NCBI RefSeq assembly: GCF_009914755.1 | Contig: NC_060927.1 | DNA: 64,000 bases | Direction: 5' to 3' (one strand) | Origin: the human T2T-CHM13v2.0 reference genome, Homo sapiens | Shown here: positions 13,691 to 27,596 of the stretch, piece by piece | Layout: every line of letters begins with the position of its first letter | How positions within the stretch are numbered: the first letter of the stretch is position 1 | Made by a program: the position numbers and the translations under genes | Notes under the pieces: model-generated | Database searches by the model: none | Seen by the model: the letters and a program-made list of their open reading frames with translations, nothing else | Told to the model about the DNA's origin: nothing

Positions 13691-16600
13691 TGGGGATGCA
13701 TAGTTCTTGCATGGGTTTCCAAATCTCTCAGAGGAGGAGAATTTCTCATACATCACACAGCCCAGCAGATCCACCAGTCTTCATTTCAAACCAAGCATTC
13801 TGCTATTTTTCTTGCTCAGGAAACTGTTGATAAAAACTGTCCCATTTAGTTGAAACACTGCAAAAGTTATACAGAAAAATAAACAAATTGAGACTCGGGC
13901 CAGTTGTGGGATGGAGGAACATCAAAGCTTGGCCAGTCACCAAGCTCATTTTCCACTGGGGGGTGGTTTCATGTCCACTAACCAGTCTGCAGATCTGGAG
14001 CTGCAGTTTAGGCTTGATTGGTTGTAGAAGCCGAAACTAGCTCAAGGTGGCTCTAGTAAAAGGATTTGTTGGGAGCAGCAGAGCTGTGCCTGGGCTGGGC
14101 ATGCTAAGCCCAAGTTGGAGCAGGTGGCTCTCCATACCAGACAGCCACAGTGATGTCCCTGCTAGGCCTTCCACCTGCCTCAGCCACGTTACCTGCCCAC
14201 CCACCTGCCCCTCTGCCCCTCGACCAGCCCACTCACGCCTGTACTGTCCTCTGATGGCTGGCCGTACATGGGGTCTCTGTCACACCCTTAGCCTCAGTGC
14301 CCAGCTCACTGGCCCTGTTTCCCAGTGAATTGCTTGCAAGAGCCTCAGGGGAGCCCTGTTGGCCCTGCTCACAGAGGTCACATGACATTGGTCAGTTTCT
14401 GACTAGAGCACTCTTGGGACAGATCTCCGTGTGGTCCCCATAGTTGTGACTGATTGAAGGCAGTGGGCTATAGGTAGGACAGAATACTTTGGGAAGGGAT
14501 GCAGGCAGGGACAGTCTTTGTTCCCTGGCTTTGGCAGTGATCCTGAAAACTTTTCAGATACTTGACCTCATAGATGGAGACTCTGGCTGCCTGGGCTGGA
14601 CACGTACATATGTAGCTCAAGTATTCATATGTTAGTATTATAGTAGATAATAATTTTTATTATAAGTATTTATATTTATCATGAAGTACATTTTCTTATC
14701 CCAATTTTGGAAAATAACATAGAAAGAAGAAAATAAAAGTTACCCTTTAATCTCACCTCTGTAGATGCTAGTGATGAGAGCTGATAGCTTTTGCTTTGTG
14801 TGTCACCATTCTAAGGGCCTTCTATGCATACTTGTTGATCCTTACAGCAATAGGGCGAGATAGGATGGAGAGTAATGTAATCCTCATCCCTCACTGTGGG
14901 ACAGAGGTAAGGTCTGTGGTGGTAGTGGTGGGGAGGGATGAAGGGACACCTAGCCTACATGGGGCTGCCATAAAGCCCTGGTTCAGTGTCACCCAAGGGT
15001 CCACCATGTGCTCACTGGTGGACATCCCAGGGTGAAATGGGGTTGGGTAGTAGTGGTGTCCTGTTCATTCACCTTAGGCTGCCATAGCAGAACCAAAGAC
15101 AGGAAAGACAGGATCCTGCCTCCCTCAATCTCCCAGCAGAAGGGCTTAAGGACCCGTGACCCTTTAATGTGTTCACGTGCACCTTGGCCATTGGTTTGGC
15201 TCTCAGGACCCTAGGCCTAGACCCTCTGGGCCTGCTCCCTTCCCCAGGGCCTGCCTGAACATGTTCAAATTAATTTGACATGTTTGAATTAAAGGAATAC
15301 ACGAGCACCTGGGGCATAGCACCAGCCCCCCCTGGTCCCCCACTGCCCATGTATATAACTTGCCTTGGCTGTGGTCTTCTTTTCCACACTTGCTGTGATT
15401 ATTGTCCTGGGGACAGTCCTCAGGGGAAACCTCAGCATCATGGGGAGTAGGGAGGTGTGAGTCATGAGAAAGAGTCAAATATTAATTAGGGAACATCTTC
15501 TATATTTCAGGGTTTGTGCCTGGAACTATGCGAACATTTTTCCACTTGGCTGCACAACTCTTTCAGGTACATTTCATCATCCTAGCTTTATAGAAGAGGA
15601 AACAGGCTCAGGGGGTTAAGGGGTTTGCTCAAGGCCACACAGCAGGTCAGTGGAGAGTGTGTGTTGGAATCCAAGTAAATGGGTAAAGACCAAGAGACCA
15701 CAGTGGATACATGTTTCTTTTCTTGGTTTTTCAAGTCCCCTTTTAAGGGGCTTTTTAACTAGCAGTGAGAGTACACAGAGGTGCTCTCCAAAGGGTTATA
15801 CTCTTTGTGATTTAAGTAAGTGAAGTGAATAAGGGGAAAAATGAAAGAAAAAAGAGACAAACCACAACAAGTTTCATGTATAGGCCTCTTCAGTTGGCTC
15901 TGGCCCCTTCACAGACATAGACTGTAAGAACTACTCCGGAAACAGCTGGTAACAGGACACCGTACTTTCAGCCTTTCTTTCTTCATTGTTGCCAGAAAAT
16001 AATCAGCTCTATATCTTAAGTGCTTGATAGAGTGGCCAGACACCAGCTGTAACTTAAAACAATTTTTGTCTTAGTTGCTTTAAGCAAACAGATGCGGCTA
16101 GCTTTCTGGGCCAAGCGCAGTGTCCCTGTCTTAGAGTGGACTACTCAAGCTGCTCAACCGTCTTGATTTATGTTTAATTCTTGCTTTAGATGTGTCCATT
16201 CAGACATTCCTTTGGTATGTTTCCAGAGGCTTGGGTTTGGGGTTTGAAGGAGTGATTCCGGACTGGCCGTTGGTTTGCTTGTTCATTGTTTCGGCACTTA
16301 AGTGTGCTGCGTGTGTCAGGAGCAGGGACTCAGCCCTCCTGGAGCTGACGGGCTAGTAAAGAAGCTGGACAAGCAAGTGAATAAGAACAGAGCCTCCCCT
16401 ACCCCAAAGGCAACCATTTGCAACTCTTAGCTTATTATTTTTATATAATCTTTACACCATGTTTATTGTGCTACTTTTTGTTTGGCTTTAGACATTATCT
16501 GTAGACTTCCTGCTAAGGAACATAAGAATTCTTCTCTTTCTTATGTCCTCCTTCAGTTAGGCATTCCCTCAGAACTTTCAGCACATGGTGGGGCACTGTG

Positions 16601-16799
16601 CTCTGTACATAATATCCAGCGCCTGCCGTCAGGAAGCTCACGGTGCAGTGGGGAGATGGACCTTGGAAGAGACCACGAGAGGAGGCTATGCCGAGGCCTG
16701 AGCAGAGGAGTGGACGTTCTGTGCTGGATGCCTCTGCTCGGACTTTGCCTCCCTCTATGGCTGAGCGGACTCATTCAGGCAGTGTGCTTTGGTGCAGTG

Positions 16800-17460
16800 G
16801 TACCATTTCCCCAGTGCTATCCTGGCCCCAGCCACCTCATCTCCCATTGGAGTGATGGCAGCAACTGCCCTCTGGCCTCCCTGTTGCCATTCTGTCCTTT
16901 GATATACATTGTCCACACAGCACAGAGTGACCTTTTGAAACATCCATCAGGGTTATATCACTCCCCCACTTGAAAAACTGCCCTTGGCCTTCTGTTAACA
17001 GTAAAATACAATCCTGACTCCATACTGCAGCCTTCAAGGCTCCTGGTGACCCAGCCCACTCCTGTCACCCCCATTTGGCTTGCTGTCTGCAGCCACTTGG
17101 GTCTTCCTTCTCCCCCTCAGACCTGCTCCTCACTTGGGCCTTCTCCTTGCTGTTTCCCCATCCCTTTTATCTTCCAAGGGAACCTTCTTGACTACCCTTT
17201 TTAGAATAATATCCTCATCACCTCCCACCACTTTATCCCATAATCCTGTTTTATTTTCTGTGCAGCTTTTATCTCTCTGTACAAGCTATGCAGAAAATAT
17301 TTATTCATTATTTGTATCTCACACTAGAATGTAAACTCCATGAGGACAGGGACCTTATTTGTTTTGTTAAATGGCTGCATTCCCTTAGCATAGTGCTTGG
17401 CATGTAATAGACACTAGAAAAAAAAAAAAGAAAAAAACTCTTGGCTAAATGAATATCGAA
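16800..17460 (+). mobile_element. L2 3' end
   Basis: ccacacagcacagagtgaccttttgaaac ... tagaatgtaaactccatgaggacagggac ... agcatagtgcttggcatgtaatag. Confidence 0.85.
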
Positions 17461-17639
17461 AGAGTGCCCATCTAGTGTGTCCCTGGGACCCAGTGCTACC
17501 CTACTGTCTGAAGTCATTAGTGAAAAAAATTATCCCTTTTATACTTAGAGCTGTGTCCAAGGAATACAGTATTGTTCCTAAATATCATGCATGAGCAGAA
17601 AGAATGAATAGCAGTAATAAAAATGGTAAACTCTTTGCA

Positions 17640-17870
17640 TTTGCGGTGGCAGCTCTGTTCTCTGCACTTTAATACAGTAACAGATATTTCTGACCACAAC
17701 TCCATGTGGTAGCACTACAAATCTAGTCCTAGTTATAGGATTACAACTCCTGGAGATGAGGGAACTGAAGGACAGAGAGAGTGAGTAACTTAACAAAGTC
17801 ATTAGCTTTATAAGTGGTGGAGCAGAGACTTGAACCCAGTCATTCTGGCTCCAGAGTCTGTGCTCCCAAG
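17640..17870 (-). mobile_element. MIR SINE
   Basis: agatgagggaactgaaggacagagagagtgagtaactt...agacttgaacccag. Confidence 0.75.
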
Positions 17871-18929
17871 CAAAGGTGCCTGAGTTCCTTTCAGGAAATA
17901 TCTTTGGAGTTAAATGAATTGAACACTTTGCTTCTCTAGAGGTGGAACCAGGAATAATCTCAATTACTCCCACTCTTGAGTGCTCCGTCATGGTGTTTAT
18001 GTGGCTGTTCATTGTGGACAGTGCCATCACTGATACCAAAGCCCCAGCACACGTAGAGACCATAAGGTGTCTTTACTGTCAAATGATGGGGCTTCACAGA
18101 GAGAGTCACAGGAAACAAGAGACAACAACAACATACTCTCAGAGGTGCGGCTGGCCTGCTTCCCCCCATTCCCTGGTGAAGTATGGCTATGGATGCTACC
18201 CGCCATGCAGTCTGAGGATTCCTCCACATGCAAGAAGCCTCCTATGCCAGTCCCATAGAGATGTTATGCCCTTCTGCTCCCCACTTCTAACTCACTGTTC
18301 TAAGGCCCTGACTATGTGCCTGCCTGAGGGAACCAGTACAGAATGATGCCAGCCTGTCCCTGAATGTGTGCTGTCAGATCAGGCGAGAAAGGGCCAACCT
18401 CCCGGGAGTATCCTGCAACAGACCCGGCTTCAAGCCTGTGTTTCCTCTTCAGTGCTGTATGTGCATTGCTGCCAGTTCTTATGCTATCCCTGTGGCTGGG
18501 CGGTGGGACAGATGAGTAGCCCCAGATGGCACAGCTGGCAGTGCCAGGGTTCAAGTCCAAGTCTTTTTGATATGGAGTCTACAACACAACTCTGTTTATA
18601 TTTCTCTGTTCACCAAAGTGAATTCTCGTTACTCTCAGTACATTTGGTTTCCATCAGTGTTTTGAGTGCTGAAAATAACATGATAGTGCATGTCCCTCAC
18701 AGGAGAACTTCAGAAACATCACAGGTGTGCCACACTTGCACCTTGCAATTTACCATGTTTTTTCAGACTTCCAGTTAACATGGTGGGCCATGCTGCTGCT
18801 GGAAGCCTTGTGTCCCAAACACATTGAAATGCTGGATAAAGTGAGGAAACACTAAGAGAAGAAAAAATATGCAGCCAGGTGGAGAAGCAAGAAAGGAGCA
18901 TCTTCAAGAGCTAGACTAGAAAAGGAGGT

Positions 18930-19580
18930 CAAATTCTCAGCAGGGAATATGAATGGAAGCCAGTTAGTTCCAGGGGTATACAGATTGGAGATGTGAGGTT
19001 CACCTGGTAAATTAAGAAAAAAGACCAGAAGTTGCCTGTAACTGGTGGAGATTAAATTGCTTGCTTTGCGAGGTGAGCTGAGAAAGTTTCCTTCACCCAG
19101 GAGAGGACAGAATTCCTGAGATTGCATGGATTCAGATGCAGGCCTCATATCTTCATCACTGGTGCTAATGGAAATCCTCAGCCAAGAAATTAACATAGAA
19201 ACTGGTGACTCCTTATGGCCCTGGGCTGCCGTAGCCCCTGATCTCCCTATGGGGGTGCCTTTACAGTTGCACACATGTGCAAGCCCCCACAGAAAACAAC
19301 GTTTGCTGAAGAGGAGTTTACAGACAAAATTACATGGCATACAGGAAAAATTACCACCATGAGAAAGAGAATCTATGGATTCTCAAGTGGGAAAACTCAG
19401 ATCCTGGAAACTAGAAACCATAAAACAATCTGAAAGAGAATTTAAAATAAGAATATTTGAAATGTAAATAAAGGAATAGAAATTATAGCAAGATTAGGAC
19501 ATTATGAAAAAAGGGTAGATAAATTTGAAAACAAACCAAAAAGAAATTCTAAGTATTAAAAATGTATTAAAAATGCAGTC
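18930..19580 (+). mobile_element. Old L1 5'/ORF1 fragment
   Basis: A-rich aaaattacatggcatacaggaaa ... aaacaaaccaaaaagaaattcta resembles L1M ORF1 start. Confidence 0.55.
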
Positions 19581-19637
19581 ATTGCCATGTGCTTTCAGAT
19601 TAATTATCTTATTAATGCTTCATGGAAGTTAGGGTAG

Positions 19638-20069
<432 letters not shown>

Positions 20070-20451
20070 TAACCTGTTACTCGGGTTAACTATTTTGGCA
20101 TTTTTTTCCTAGTAGGGATTCTACTGGGTATAAAATTTTAGATCCTTATTTAAGCAAAGTTTTGAACCATGAGCCTTCTTCTATACCATAATTAAATTTT
20201 CTCTGAAAACATGTTTAATGGCTCTGTATTATTTTATTGTCTTGCTCTACCATACTTTATCTGTCTACTCTTGATGAATGTATGCACTGTGTACAATATT
20301 ACGCACTTTAACCACAACATGTTGAACATTTGTTTGCATTTCAGATTATTCTTTAGAGCAGATTACCAAAAATGAGATGGCTTGATTTATGGGTGGGGCC
20401 TTATATTCTGTAAAGGAAGGAAGGGACAGGAATATATGAACATTTTTTAGC

Positions 20452-21199
20452 TGTATTATATATCATAAAGAATTTGTCTGGTCTTTGTCCCAGGTTCCTG
20501 GAGCTTCTAAAACCCTTGGAATTTCCAGAGTGATAACTGTGTCTCTGTTACTCATGGTGGGCCCTTGGGGCACAGCTGAGTTTATGCTAAGGAGATGACT
20601 CAAGATGGGGACTGGTCATGCCTGAAAGACCAACCATGTCATTAGAGGGTTAGGCCTATGGGCCATATGATATCAGGCTGACCTCCTGACCTCTGGGGAG
20701 CTGGAAATTTAGTTTAGTCTCATGGCTAGTAATTCAATCAGTCATACCTGTGTAATGAAACCCCAGTAAAAACTCTGGACACTGAGGTTCAGGGAGCTTC
20801 CTGATTGGTAAACACATTGATATGCCCAGAGGGTGATTTTCCCTGACTGCACAGGGAGAGGGCACCAAAGCTCTGAATCTAGGGCCCTCCCAGGCTTCAC
20901 CCCATGTGTCTCTTCATTTGGCTGGTCCTGATTCTTACCCTTATAATAAAACTGTAATCCTAAGAATAGTGCTTTCATGAATTCTGTGAGTTGTTCTAGT
21001 TAATTATCTAACCTGAGGAGGTCATGGGAACCCCCTGGATTTGCAGCCAGCTGGTCAGAAGTGTGGGTGGCCTAGGGACCCCTGAACTGGTAGCTGGTAG
21101 CTGAAGTGAAAGCAGTCTTGCTGGGGACTGTACCCTTAAGCTATGGAGTCTGACCATTGACTTTAGGTGGTTTGTGTCACTATTGAATTATGGTATACA
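20452..21199 (+). mobile_element. ERV solo LTR (MER21-like) inserted in an L1M fragment
   Basis: TG...CA ends, gagcttctaaaacccttggaatttcc, gtttatgctaaggagatgactc, AATAAA at 20945-20950. L1-like flanks are continuous across it. Confidence 0.75.
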
Positions 21200-21539
21200 A
21201 CTTGTGATACATATTTCCAATTGTGTTATAAAGTTTATGTACAAAATTACAAAAGAGTGTACCTTTAAGTAACGTTGACACCACTGGGCTTCAGTATCCT
21301 TATGTATGAAATGGGAAATTTAGTGACAACAACACAGAAATGTTGTATGATTGTCTTCGTAAAGTGCCTTGGACCAGCACCTGGTGCATAAAAAGCAGTC
21401 ATAGGATGTCCATGAGCATGTGCCCATGTGCGTGCATGTTGTGTGAGCACTGCAGGAAAACCAGAAAACAAGCGAAGAAAACAGGAAAAGAAGAAATCAT
21501 TTGAAATGACATCAAAGATATAAAAACGGGATATTTTGT

Positions 21540-22460
21540 ATTTTGAAAACCTCATTGTTTAAATAGGTTGGCTTATCCCTTTTACATTTATTATTATATA
21601 TTTGGTCTTTTGTCATCATGTTCCATTTAAAAAAAAAAACATTTTCTATTCTTTCCTGCTCTTTTTGTTATTTTCTATGTGATCTTCTGTTTCTCATTCT
21701 CTTTTCATTTGTGCAGGTCTACAGTTTTTTTGTTTTTACCTTAGAGCTAAAAATGGTTCTACAAAGGGTTACTTTTAAATCTTCAATGAACCTGCTTAAG
21801 CCTGGATTTCCCAAGCTATCACCTTGAGAAATGAAGCACCACTCTGTGACACCTCTCCTCCTGTTTTTGGTAGTTCTGCTTCAGGATTTTTTTTAGTTGG
21901 CGTTAGTGAAATAATTTTCATAGAATGTATTTCTTCTTTCAAGAATGATAGTAAATGCAATTGGTGTATAAGAGGCCCATCATTTTAATGGAAGAATAAA
22001 CGTCACAGTTCTCCAGACTTAATTCTGTATTCAAATGGTTCCTGTGGTCACCCTTGGGTCTTTTCATGCATGCATCCTTATCCCCAGGTTCTCACTTAAC
22101 ATTTATCATGTTCCTATTAGATCTGCCTTCAAGGAGGTTTTATGTGAAAAGTGAAAGGTTTCAAACATACTCAGGACAAAGAGAACAAACATTCATGTAC
22201 CCATCAGGCAGACTGAACAGTTACTAAGATTTCACCGTGCTTGTTTCATCTCTCTCTCCCCTGCTTTTCTTGCTGAAGTATTTTTAAACAAATTTATGAG
22301 ATCTTGAGTCATTTTACCCCTGAATACTTATGTATATATCTTTAAAAAATATAGACATTTTCTTGCGTAAATCAATGTCATTAGCACAGCTAATAATAAC
22401 TATTCTTTGGTATCCAGTACCCTATCTATATTTAGAATTTTCTTGAAAAATGTTCTTCAA
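21540..22460 (-). mobile_element. Old L1M fragments
   Basis: T-rich. gaagtatttttaaacaaat...cattttacccctgaatactt resembles L1ME/MC 3' end. Confidence 0.5.
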
Positions 22461-22771
22461 ATATGGTTCCCTACCTCCTCCCTCCACAAAAGGATATAAG
22501 AACATATACATCCCCAAGTCCTTCATGTCGATGAGGAGCCCGAGGCTCAGAGAGGTAGATTGGCTTCCTCAGGTCAGACCCTAGTATTGGGATTTGAATC
22601 CACACCCCTCTTAGTGAGCTTTATATTTTATGTACTACACCTGGCTGCCCAGGCATGGTTACCCCGAGTAGGGCGAAGCATGTAACCTCAACCTCAAGTT
22701 TCGCCCAAGATGTAGGGGCTGAAGCAGACAGGAAGATGAGCACTGCTCCAGGAAGCCTCCCACCAGTGCAG

Positions 22772-22987
22772 AAGAGCTCTTTTCTGGAAGACAGGGCTGG
22801 ATGCCACAGTGAGGCAAGTCCAGCCCCAGCCCTAGGTCAGTGTCTTTTTTTGGTTTTGTGTCTATTCTTAAGGAGGTGTAAAGAGCTCTTTTCTGGAAGA
22901 CAGGGCTGGATGCCACAGTGAGGCAAGTCCAGCCCCAGCCCTGGGTCAGTGTCTTTTTTTGGTTTTGTGTCTATTCTTAAGGAGGTG
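22772..22987. repeat. Tandem duplication, 2 x 107 bp
   Basis: 22772-22878 and 22881-22987 are identical except cctaggtc/cctgggtc, separated by TA. Confidence 0.97.
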
Positions 22988-23069
22988 CTTCTGGTACACA
23001 GGCAGTGCCAAGGCCCCCTACAATGAAGCTACATGGCTACAGGGAGTTCTGAAGGTTATAGAAGACTAT

Positions 23070-23280
23070 ACAGCCTTTGGGATCTTAGCTCTGCCATGCA
23101 CTCGCTGTGTGTTTTGAGCCTGTGACTTGACCTCTCTGACTGAGTTTCCACCTTTGGAAGATGGAATTAGAGTGCTTACTTTGCAGGGTTGTTGTGAAGA
23201 TAATGTGAATGCAGATGTAAGCATCCCCAGCACCGTGCCTGGCACATAGTAGCTGTTTATAAATGCAAATATAATGTTGT
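23070..23280 (+). mobile_element. MIR SINE
   Basis: tgacttgacctctctgactgagtttcc...gggttgttgtgaagataatgtga...gtgcctggcacatag. Confidence 0.75.
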
Positions 23281-25764
23281 CTTTATCTGCCAGGGAGGAG
23301 GACAGAGCACCAGCCACCTCTCCATCTCTACTGCACTGTCCCCTGGCCCCAAGACCTCTTCTGCATCCCCTTCCTCTCTCCTCTGGTCTGGATGGTTAGG
23401 CACCCAGGCTTTATGGGGCAGGGCATTGGAGCTGAGAGGACACCAGCTCTGAGCACCTGCAGGTTTTGGAGAGAAGGAAAGGACACTGCCAAGCACTTGC
23501 TCAGTGTCCTGTCACTCCTCAGGTGGTCTGGTTTCATGCTGCTTTACAGACCAAAGTGCTGGGCACAGAGGCAGATGTGTCTTATTGTCTTCTCAGAGTG
23601 TTACCAATTATTTCTAGTTTCAGTTGAAGAGACTCAGTTCATTGATGCAAGAGATTGACTCTCAGGATATGCCGGAGAACAGAGCCCCAATAAGAATCGG
23701 GGCAGGAGCTCAGGGGCTGTGGAAACACTCGTTGCCAGCAAGTGTGCTGAGAACACAAAGGAAATGCTTGTGATCCTTTTAGAGTGACTGGGAGTAAACA
23801 TTTATTTCACCTTGAAGGAAATGAATGTTTCAGGAAGAGGCCCAGGAGCTTGACGAAGCTAGACAGCCCATGCCGTAAGCCACATAAAGGAGGACATCAG
23901 AACCAATTGGGTTAGAGAGGGCCTAATAAATTGTGTCCCTCACAAGGACCCAGCATTTTCTGTTCCTTGGGTGGGCCACATGTGCTCTTGAGAAGATTGG
24001 GAACAGCTGTACTGAGTTGTTGCCATTGAGTCATATCTGGTCCAGGGGCCAGCGGTTGGTGCCTCTGGTCATTCCGTCCTTTTCTAACAAAGCTCGAGGT
24101 GATCTGGCCATCTCCCCAAAGATCCCGGGGAAGTGCATGCTCAGCATCCTCCGTGCAGCACTGGCAGCTGGGGCTTCCGTAGCCCCCTGCTGTGTCCTGT
24201 GCCCTGAATGGCCCCTTCCCTTAGCTTTCCGGCCTGCTCCCTCCCTCCAGTTGCTAAATTCCCCTCTTCTATGCTTGCTTAGCAGAAACTTCTCATTTAA
24301 CTTTTACATACTTCACTGTGTTGATGTTGTCTGTATGTGTGTGTGTGTTTCCCCCAGAAGACTCTGAAGCTTCTCGAGGGCAGGGACTGGGTTGGATTAA
24401 TTTCTGAAGTTCAGAACCCAGCCTAGGGACAGCCATACAGAATGTAACAGAAGCAAACTTTTATTTCTGTGCCCAGATATGGTGGTGCACAGAGGGTTGT
24501 GTGGTGCACAGAGGGTAGCTGGTTTTGCAGGTACAGTATCAGGCATCTTGAGAAATTAATAGTGGGGAAGGAGAGCCCACTAAGGTGGGAATGCTTGCCT
24601 GGGACACCAGCCTGGCCTGCCTGTCGCCTCCACCAGGGGGCCCCCCTGCCCCGGCCCCTCTCGGGCCATTGCATCCTGTCCCTCTGGTTGCTTGCTTGGG
24701 GCTTGCAGGACATGGTGGACTCTGCAGGCTGCTTCACAGTGCAGTGTGTTCCTGCTGCTCCTTCTGAAATGTGACCTACCATGCCTTCTTCAGTCCCTCT
24801 GTCTCCATCCAGAAAAATGTCTAATTGTATCTTGAATTCATTTACATTGCTTGCTTCAATGGCCTCACTTGGCAGCTGAGCCCATATGCTAATTCCACCC
24901 TTTTCATGAAGGAATTCTGCTGATTTTACTTACTTTTTGTGACAGATTCCTCCCCCTACCCCCCCACTCCGTTCTTTTTTTGGTCTCCTGCTCTCCCAGT
25001 AAACAATTTCTTAGGTCCACTCTCGCAGGCTCTGTGACCCAGTGCCCTCAGGACACTTCATGGGGTGAAGCTCCTGATGGGTTTGAGTCAGGGCCCTGAG
25101 CACTGGCCCAAGCCCTTCCAGCACCTTCAGCTTAGGGTTAGTCAAGAATGTCCTGCCTTGGTTTCTTTGCTTCAGAGGAGGGGCTCTCTGTGGCTTGGGG
25201 ACCCATTTCTACAAGGGTCTAAGACAACTGTTGTTTTTTGGAACCCATAGTGTAAGAGTTGGTGAGAGCGGCATTAACTCAGGGGCCTTGTGAGGACAGA
25301 CCCTGCTTCCATGATAGGGGAGGAGGAGTCTGGGTCCGGGGGTGAATTGAGCCCGAGCTCAGTCCCAGTGCTTGCCTTTGCTGCCAGTGGGGCCTTGGAT
25401 GAGAGTTCCTTGACCTCTCTGAGTCTTACTCTCTTAATCTGTAAAGCGGATATCTGAGGGCCCATCCTCCCCTCATTCAGATTACTGGGGTCTTCTCCAA
25501 GTGGATGCAGTCCTTGCAGCCCCTGAGTCCTCTCTCTATTGGCCCTGGGCCACTGGATCTTCACAGCATTTGATTTTCTCTTGGCACAGCCGCTTCAGTT
25601 GTTCAACTTTTCTCCCCTTTTTTCTGTTTCTAAACAAGCATACATAACCTTTTTAAGTGTTACTAGGATGCCACCACTGAGGACTAGAGAAGAGTTGATT
25701 AATTGTTGCTGGAGGGGGTGTTCTAAGTAATTGAACAGGCCCGGTCATCTCTGACCTCTCAGTG

Positions 25765-26130
25765 CTTTTCATTCACTTCATACATATTTGTTGAGCACCT
25801 ATTCTCTGCTGCCATGTGCAAGGGATTCTGTGGGACAAGGTGGCCCAGGTCCCTGTCCCAGTGGGTGAAGCTGCAGAGGAGCTTGGGAGTCACAAACAGC
25901 ACTATCCTAGGGCAACAGGGATTGTGGGGCTCTGAGGAGGGGCTGTCACCTCCAGATGAGAGGGAGCCTGGAAAATACCTGGGAGGTGACATCTAGCCAA
26001 AATTTGAAGGCTGGGTTGCCAGAGAAAGGACAAGGTGGGAAGAATGCTCCAGGCACATGTGCATGGGCCACGGTCCTGGGGTGATAGAGAGCATGGCTGA
26101 GTGAGGAGCTGAAGCATGGAGTATGAGGAG
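25765..26130 (-). mobile_element. L2 3' end
   Basis: ttcattcacttcatacatatttgttgagcacctat start, typical antisense L2 tail. Confidence 0.7.
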
Positions 26131-26329
26131 ATGGGGGTGGTGGGTGTGAGGCTGTCAGGTGGTGCAGGTAGGGGCCCAACCACACTGGCCTTCTTGTTCC
26201 TTGCCCAGGGAGGAGGGTCAGGGTTGGGGAGTCGGTCTCTGACCTTGACCTCCTGTGACCCTCACTCTCTTCTCCACAGAGGGCAACATAGCACTACTAG
26301 ATACCAGGTCCGCGGCCTGAGTGGGGTCT

Positions 26330-26530
26330 GATCCTGTCCTTGCACTTACCTGACAATTTGGCCTTGGGCAAGCAGGCAATGCAAACTCTCTGTGCCTTGA
26401 TGTGATCATCTGCAAAATGGGGGTGTTGGTAATAGTACCTGTATCCTAGGACTGAGTTCAATGAGCTGATGTATGCAATGCACTTAGAACGGAGCCTAGT
26501 TATAGTGAACACTACATTAAATGTCACCTA
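26330..26530 (+). mobile_element. MIR SINE
   Basis: tcatctgcaaaatgggg...aatagtacctg...aatgagctgatgtatgcaatgcacttagaac. Confidence 0.75.
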
Positions 26531-27596
26531 TAAAAACAGTGCTCATTTCTTGTGGAAAGGGCTTGGTAAGAATAACTTCTGTCCCAGAGGAAATTCCAGC
26601 CTGGTGTCTCTGAGGTTTTCCTGCTTCATGATCCAGGGAAATAATTGTCTTAGGTTATTCCTGGGCTTTCTACCTCCTGGGGCTATATTGAGACTCAGTA
26701 TGAAAACCTATGTTTGAAATTCTAGGGAAAATCCCCACTAGAGAGAAAATAATGTCAGAGACTGTTTGGAGCTTTCACATGCATTAACTCCTTCAGTCCT
26801 CCTAACAGTCTATGAAGTAGGCCCTGTTTTTACACAGCATATGTATACTGTGGCTATGATACTAGGTGTGGGGCCTCGGTCCAGAGTGTTGGGGAGCGAG
26901 TGTTTGGCAGCCTCTGCACGGCCTTTTCATCAGCTTTGGAAGAAGCCAAGGCTAGAGAGCGAAGTGCTCTCCCCACGTGGCCCCACTGGAGGGGCAAGGG
27001 CTGAGTGAGATTCGTCTGCTCTCATTTGGACCCCAGAGAGCCCATTGTCCTTTCCTCCAGGATGACCCTCCTGGCATCCACCTTCCCCACCCCCACCATG
27101 GGCAAAACATGTCTCATGGGAGAAAGAAGGAGTGGGCTGTCAAATCTGCCCTACCCCAGGCATAGCGGACTGATTCCTGAGTGCTTTTCTGACTCCAATA
27201 GTTACAGGCCTAAAAGGCTAGATGTTTATTCTGTTTCTTCGAACTTTCCTTTCTAGCGAAAACTCCAGAGTTCTCACACTAGGGAGCTACAGGCCAGTCT
27301 TGGCCCATGGACATGTTTTGTTTGGGCCATGCTGTTTAAACATTTTTTTCAATTGGTTGTCAACATTTAAACATTGGCGAATTTCATATAATATTCCAGA
27401 TTTTTGGCATCTCTTAAAAAATCAGAGGATCTGGCAACTTGAGGCCTACATTCCTGTCTGGCCATGGTGTACTGGAGCTGAGGAGAAACGGTCCCCTCCA
27501 AATGGGGTGCGGGAGTTTCTGTTCCCTTTGGTCTCACACCTTGACTTATGCCTAGCCCATGTTGCTCATGTGAGGTGCCCACCAGCCCTGGAGGGT

